64,000 nt of DNA from Lama guanicoe (Eukaryota), in NCBI GenBank assembly GCA_013239625.1, contig MU054338.1, forward strand, positions 3,433,371-3,497,370, read 5' to 3'. The notes under the pieces are model-generated. The model worked only from the letters and a program-made list of their open reading frames with translations, made no database searches and was not told the DNA's origin. The position numbers were made by a program, and so were the translations under genes. Position 1 is the stretch's first letter; the number at the start of each line of letters is the position of its first letter. Of the stretch, positions 58,761 to 64,000 are shown one piece after another.

Positions 58761-61239
58761 GATCAGCAGGCGTTGGAAGTCTACATGGATGGGGGTCCTA
58801 TGCTGGGGAGGCCTCCAAGTTGGAGCACTGTGTCCCCCTCAACGTGCACATGCATGAGGGGGCGCCCTGAGGAGAGCAGTCCAAGACCCTCCCTTTGGAA
58901 GCCTGATGCCAGAGGAAGCCCCTACCCGGCTCCCCCTTCCTCTCCAGGCGCTGATCGTGGCCATGGCAACGGATGAAGGGGCTGGATGCTGGACAAGGCG
59001 GCAGAGGGCTCCCCAAACACACCCAAATACAGGAGGTCGGAGAAGGGGCAGAAGATCCCCTCCCAGTCTGGGTTGGATGGCAGAGGCCGCGCCCCCTACA
59101 CACAAACCCGGAGGGTGGGGGAGGGGCACGGGCACAAAGAGGTTTCCCTCCTGCTGGGAGTCCAGTCTTGGGGATGGTGAACGGGGACATCATGGCAGAG
59201 GCCCCCACCCTAGCCACAACCCTGAGGGGGCGGAGAGCGCAGGACCAGATTGGAAACAGATGGGGCCACCGTGCCAGGCCTGAGACACCCGATCCGGAAG
59301 GGGGGGAAGGGAGAGAGGGGAGAAGGAGGGGCGGCCCCACCCAGGCAGCCAATCCCAGCCGGCGCTGCTGCCCCTGTGCGGGTTTGAAAACTCCAAGGGA
59401 GAGGCCGGGACGCAGAGGCCCAGCGGGTCCTGGGAGCTCAGGGATGCGGTCACGGAGGGGTAGGGACTCTGATGGAGGCATCCGAGGGTGGGGAGGATGG
59501 GGCGGGGGGGGGCGGCTCCCCCACTTGAGCCCATCCCTGGCGGACTGGGATCAGTTCCGCCATTAGTGCTCAGGACAGCTCCCATATATTCCGAGCGCTG
59601 TGATGGGTCACAGCACCCTACTATCACCCCCATTTTCCAAAGGGGTTGAGGAGGAATTGAGAGAAATTACCAAGGTCAGGGAAAGCCGGGATTCGAATCA
59701 AAGTTTGGGTCCAGCAGCCAAGTGCCCTTACCCACGATGCTACAGGAGACCTGGAGCTGGAAAATGACAAATCACTACAAATTTAAAGCCCAGGGGGAAA
59801 CAGCAGTGCTGGAGACAGACAGGCCCCAGCCTCTAGAAGTTCACTGCCCAATGGGACAAAGAACCTGGGCTCTGATGGGGGCATACAGGCAGCTGTGGGA
59901 GCCCACCTGTGGACTGATAGGGACAAGGACAACTCACTTCCCGGGGTGGCCCCTTCAGGCCCTGCGACGGCGCCTTGGCAGGTCCAACACCGCCCCCCAT
60001 CTCTCCCCAGCACCCAATGCACCCCCTCCCCGGGGCACCTGTGCCTCAGTACCCCCTCTTTGCAAAACAGAGCATGTAATCCCACCTCCCCTGGTACTGG
60101 GGAGGTCTGCGCTGGAGTCCTCAAAGCACCAGGCACACAGTAAGCGCTCTGTGAGTATCTGCAGACTCTCCACCTGCCCCTTCTCCATGGAGCACAGTCT
60201 GTGTTGCTAAACAGGAGACTCTGACATCTCCCCTCCCCCACACAGCCCTAACCCTGGGAGGCACACAGTTGGTGCCTCTTGGAGGTGGGACACCTGGCAC
60301 CCCAGCACCACGTGGGAAGCACACAGGAGGTGCTCTGTGTCCACATGGGGCAGAATTGAGCAGCAGAACACTGCCCCCCGCATGTCTCGGCACACAGTGC
60401 GCCCTCAGAAAACACCTGCAGGGCCACAGTAGGTGCTCTGCTTGCATCTGAGGGCTGATGGCCCGAGAAAAGGGCTCACGTGGACCTGGAGTTGAAGCTA
60501 GGCACATCCCACGTGACCTCAAGCAAGAATCTGCACCTTTCTGGGCCTCAGTTTCCCCATGTGAAATACAAAGCGGGCCCACGACTGGCACTCAATGAGT
60601 CCGTGTTGGCAGGACGCCCAGGGCTGTGTGGTCTGGGGCAGAAATGCCTGTCTCTGGGTTGCCCCAGACCCAGGGAATGGTGGCTAAGGACCCACCACTC
60701 CCTCCCAGACCAACCCTGCCCTGTCTGGGTCTCTTGCCCATGTCTCCCCAGAGATGACCTCTTGCTTCCAGGCAATGGAGGTGACCAGAGTGGGCTGGGA
60801 ACACAGCCACCCCCATGGCAGAGATCGGGGAGGTCTGGAGCAGGAGCAGGAGCAGGAGCAAGGCCTGAGTCTGACCTCCCCGAGCAGGGCAGCCCGGCCT
60901 GCTCAATGCCCCGAACACCCCTATCACGGCCTTGATCACGACATATGCTAACTGTCTAGTCATGGGTCTGCCTGTCCCACCAGACTGTGACCTCAGATGG
61001 TAGGGAAAGGTCTGTCTCTCTCGATCACAGCACATCCCCTGTGCGGGGTCCCCAGCACCCAGCATGGGGCAGGCATGGAACACAGTAGGTTGTCAGCAAA
61101 TGTTTACATAACAGCCAGAACGGTACTCACTCAGGAGAGCCCTCTCCAATTTTATCCTCCCCAGGAGGCCACACTGCAGTGCCCTTGTCACCAAGCAGGC
61201 ATCTTCACCCGCCTTTTTTTTAAACAAAGGTTTCTTAGC

Positions 61240-61945
61240 ACCTACTATGTGCCAGTCCTGGTTTGAGGCACTAGAGACATAGCGGTGACTAAGATGGACA
61301 AAGACCCCTACCCTCCTGATCCTGACGCCCCAGTAAGGGCAATGGATGAGTAACGCAAGGAAGAAAATGCACCACGGGGCAGCGGGTACTAAGCGCCATG
61401 AAGATGAGCAAAGTGGGCGGGGGGGGCCCATGGGGTGGTATTAAGCAGGGGGATGGTCAGGGAGTGGAGATGTGACATTTGAGCTGAGACAGAAAGGAAT
61501 TGTGGATGTTTGGGAGGGGTGACCCAGGCAGTGGGCACAGCATGTGCAAAGGCCCTGGGGCAGGACTCTACCTGGCATGGTGGAGGGACAGCAAAGAGGC
61601 CTGTGTGTCTGGACCAGAGTGAATAAAGGGGAGAGAAGATGAGGGGAGGGCAGGAAGGGGATGGGGCATGTCATGCAGGGCCTTGTGGGCTGCAGGCTTT
61701 TACCCCTAGGGAAGTGGGACTCTGGAGGGCTGTGGGCAGAGGAGGGGAGGACCTGACTCCGGTGCTCACAGGAGCTCTCTAGATCCTGCAGGAAGGAAGG
61801 TGGGTGGGAGTGGGAGGACCAGGGAAGAGGTGGCTACATTGATTCAGGTAAGCAATGAGGGGACTGAATCAGGGAGGCAGAGAAGCGGGCAGAAGTGGGA
61901 ACATTCTGGATAGATTACAAAGGCAGAGCCAAGGGAATTTTCTAA
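61240..61945. mobile_element. L2 LINE relic (related L2 pieces at ~10600-10850, 49850-50430, 54690-55100, 63400-64000)
   Basis: Shared blocks tgcaaaggccctgggg-cagga...gaggcctgtgtgtctgga...aggcttttacccc, and an agcacctactatgtgccag 3' end. Confidence 0.65.
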
Positions 61946-64000
61946 ATGACTGGTTGTGGGGCACAATTAAAGGGGGGGACTCAGGATGAGCACCTTGAGC
62001 ACTCTGGCCTGAGCACCCTGAAGGTTAGAGCTGCCACCTCCAGGAAGCCCTCCCTGAATGCTCTGCCCACCCAGTGTCCCTGACGGCTGACCCTGGGAGC
62101 CCCCGAATGCTCGGTTGATATGTCCTCTGTATACACCCAGGAGGCAGCTGCCCTTGGGATGGAGCATGGGGCCTAGATCACGTCAGCTCCTGCAGCTGGG
62201 ACATATGGGGGTAATTTTTTTTTCAAAATAACTTTTCTTCTAATTATAAAATAGGCGCGTGCAGCAGAAAATTAGGGAAAATCAGCATAAAGAAGAAAAT
62301 AAAAATTGCCCGCAATCCACTCATCTCCTGGAGAGAAACTGTTACCCTGTGGTCATTTTCATTCATTCTTTCCTCACTTACTGAGCACCTACTGTGTGAC
62401 AGACCACTGGGGATACAGCGGTGGGATGACAAGCCCCCCGCCCTCAGGGGGCTCACAGATAAGCGGGAGGGACAGGCAACCACAGAGAAATAAACACTGT
62501 CAATAACAGAAGGCCAGGAGGCACCGAGAGGCACCCGAAAGGAAAGAGATGCACCGTAAGGCTCTAGAAGCCTGAAGGGGTCTGAGGGGACCTCTCAGAA
62601 GACGGGGATGAAGTGAGCCAATCAGATGGACAAACTCCTACAGGGAACAGAGTTTCAGGCAGGAGGAACAGCAAGTACAAAGGCCCTGAGGCCAACTGTT
62701 TTCTTCCAGTCTTTCTCCAACGTGTGTAAGTGGGTACTTTTTAAAAACAGGGATCATGATGATGAGACCATTTGCCAGTGTCCAGCTCAGTTTAACAGGT
62801 TTCCACTTGACGGCCCAGTATAAATAAACAAGAGAGAGACATCCTCTGACGAAGCTGTGACCTATGCTTCCAAGCAAAGAGTGATTCTGGGGGGATGGTC
62901 GCAAGCCTTTGAAAGTGGCACCCTCAGGCAAAAACGCCCCTGGGCAGCCCTGGGTAGGACCCTCACTCTAGTCCCTCCTCCGACCTTCCTCATAGTTGGG
63001 GCCAAACTTCCTAAAAGTTTCATTTAGGGGCAACCACCAAACTCCACACTCAGCTTCGAGAGCAAGAGAGAAACTGGTTGGGCAGCTTCCTCCTTTCTAG
63101 GGCTCCAGAGCTCCCAGGCCTGGGTTGCCCAATGGACCCTTCCCCACCCAGCTCAGCACTCGTGCCCTGGGGCAGCGAGCATGTGCCGACCAGCCAGGAG
63201 CCCGCCTCGCCCACACTCACATCACAGCCCTGGCGCCGTGTCTGCCTGCCAGCCACACCGCAGCGGGCACACTGCCCACCACAGGCACACACCAGCTCCT
63301 CGTTTGCCTTTTTCTCCTTCCAGGTCCCCCAGCTGCCATCCTCTCCTTCTGGACGAATGCAGGATGCTTTCAGGTACAGCTGGATCCAGCAAACCTGCGC
63401 TTCCCTCTGTCCTCCCCTTTTCAGCTAATGGCAGTTCCATTCTCCCAGAGGCTCAGGCTACAACCTGGTGGCTGGCCCTGACTCCTCTTCTTCCCTCACC
63501 CAACCATGAGAATCTGGAAATACTCTCAAGTTTCCATCCTAAATTTCTCCTGCATGTGTTCATCTCTCCCCATATACCTTTCCCACCCTGTCTAGCCCCT
63601 ACTATTGCCCACTTGGGCCAGTACAGACACCTCTACCCTGGTCCCTCAGCTCCCACCTTTATTCCCAGTGATCTGTTCTCCCCACAGTAGCCTGTGAGCA
63701 CCTGAGTCAGCACCCACCCCTCTGCAGCTCACAGCCCTCCAAGACCCCCACCTCCCTCCAGTAAAAGTGCAAGTCCTCCCTGCTGCCCGGAAGGCCCTGC
63801 AAGATATGCCCCCATCCCCCCCCTGCCCTCCCCTCCTCCCTCTCTCCCCCTCCCTCATTTGGCTCCAGACACACAGGCCTCCTAGCTGTTCCTCCAACTC
63901 CCCAGGCACGGCCCTGCCCCAGGGCCTCTGCACATGCTGGTTCCCCATTGTTTGGAACACCCTTCCCCCATATTTTCAGGGCTGTTTCCTTCTCGCCCTT

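Overview
Mammalian genomic DNA, GC-rich, with two short N gaps. A tRNA-derived SINE type suggests a camelid or related artiodactyl (inference). The window holds most of PTPRS (receptor-type tyrosine phosphatase sigma, LAR family) on the minus strand: a probable alternative CpG-island first exon (~58.5 kb), the ATG exon (51.5 kb), three Ig domains, the FNIII array, the TM segment and the first half of phosphatase domain D1. The gene continues past position 1. I traced 29 coding exons with GT-AG sites and phase continuity, numbered as I recall for human, including six mini-exons (9, 18, 12, 27, 12 and 48 nt). The most unusual observations are: (1) a phase-compatible cluster of candidate extra exons with mutually similar peptides and a NOVA-type YCAY cluster in intron 13, where the FN4-7 cassette is chosen; (2) a ~1.9 kb ancient L2-derived minisatellite in the same intron that repeats the exact exon-13 donor 9-mer; (3) exon 15 lacks its expected acceptor; (4) a tailless tRNA-Ile(UAU) 5'-half retrocopy with a TSD; (5) QKI, NOVA and RBFOX motif clusters next to the microexons, plus two other ancient tandem repeats. 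All of this was read by eye; no searches were run.
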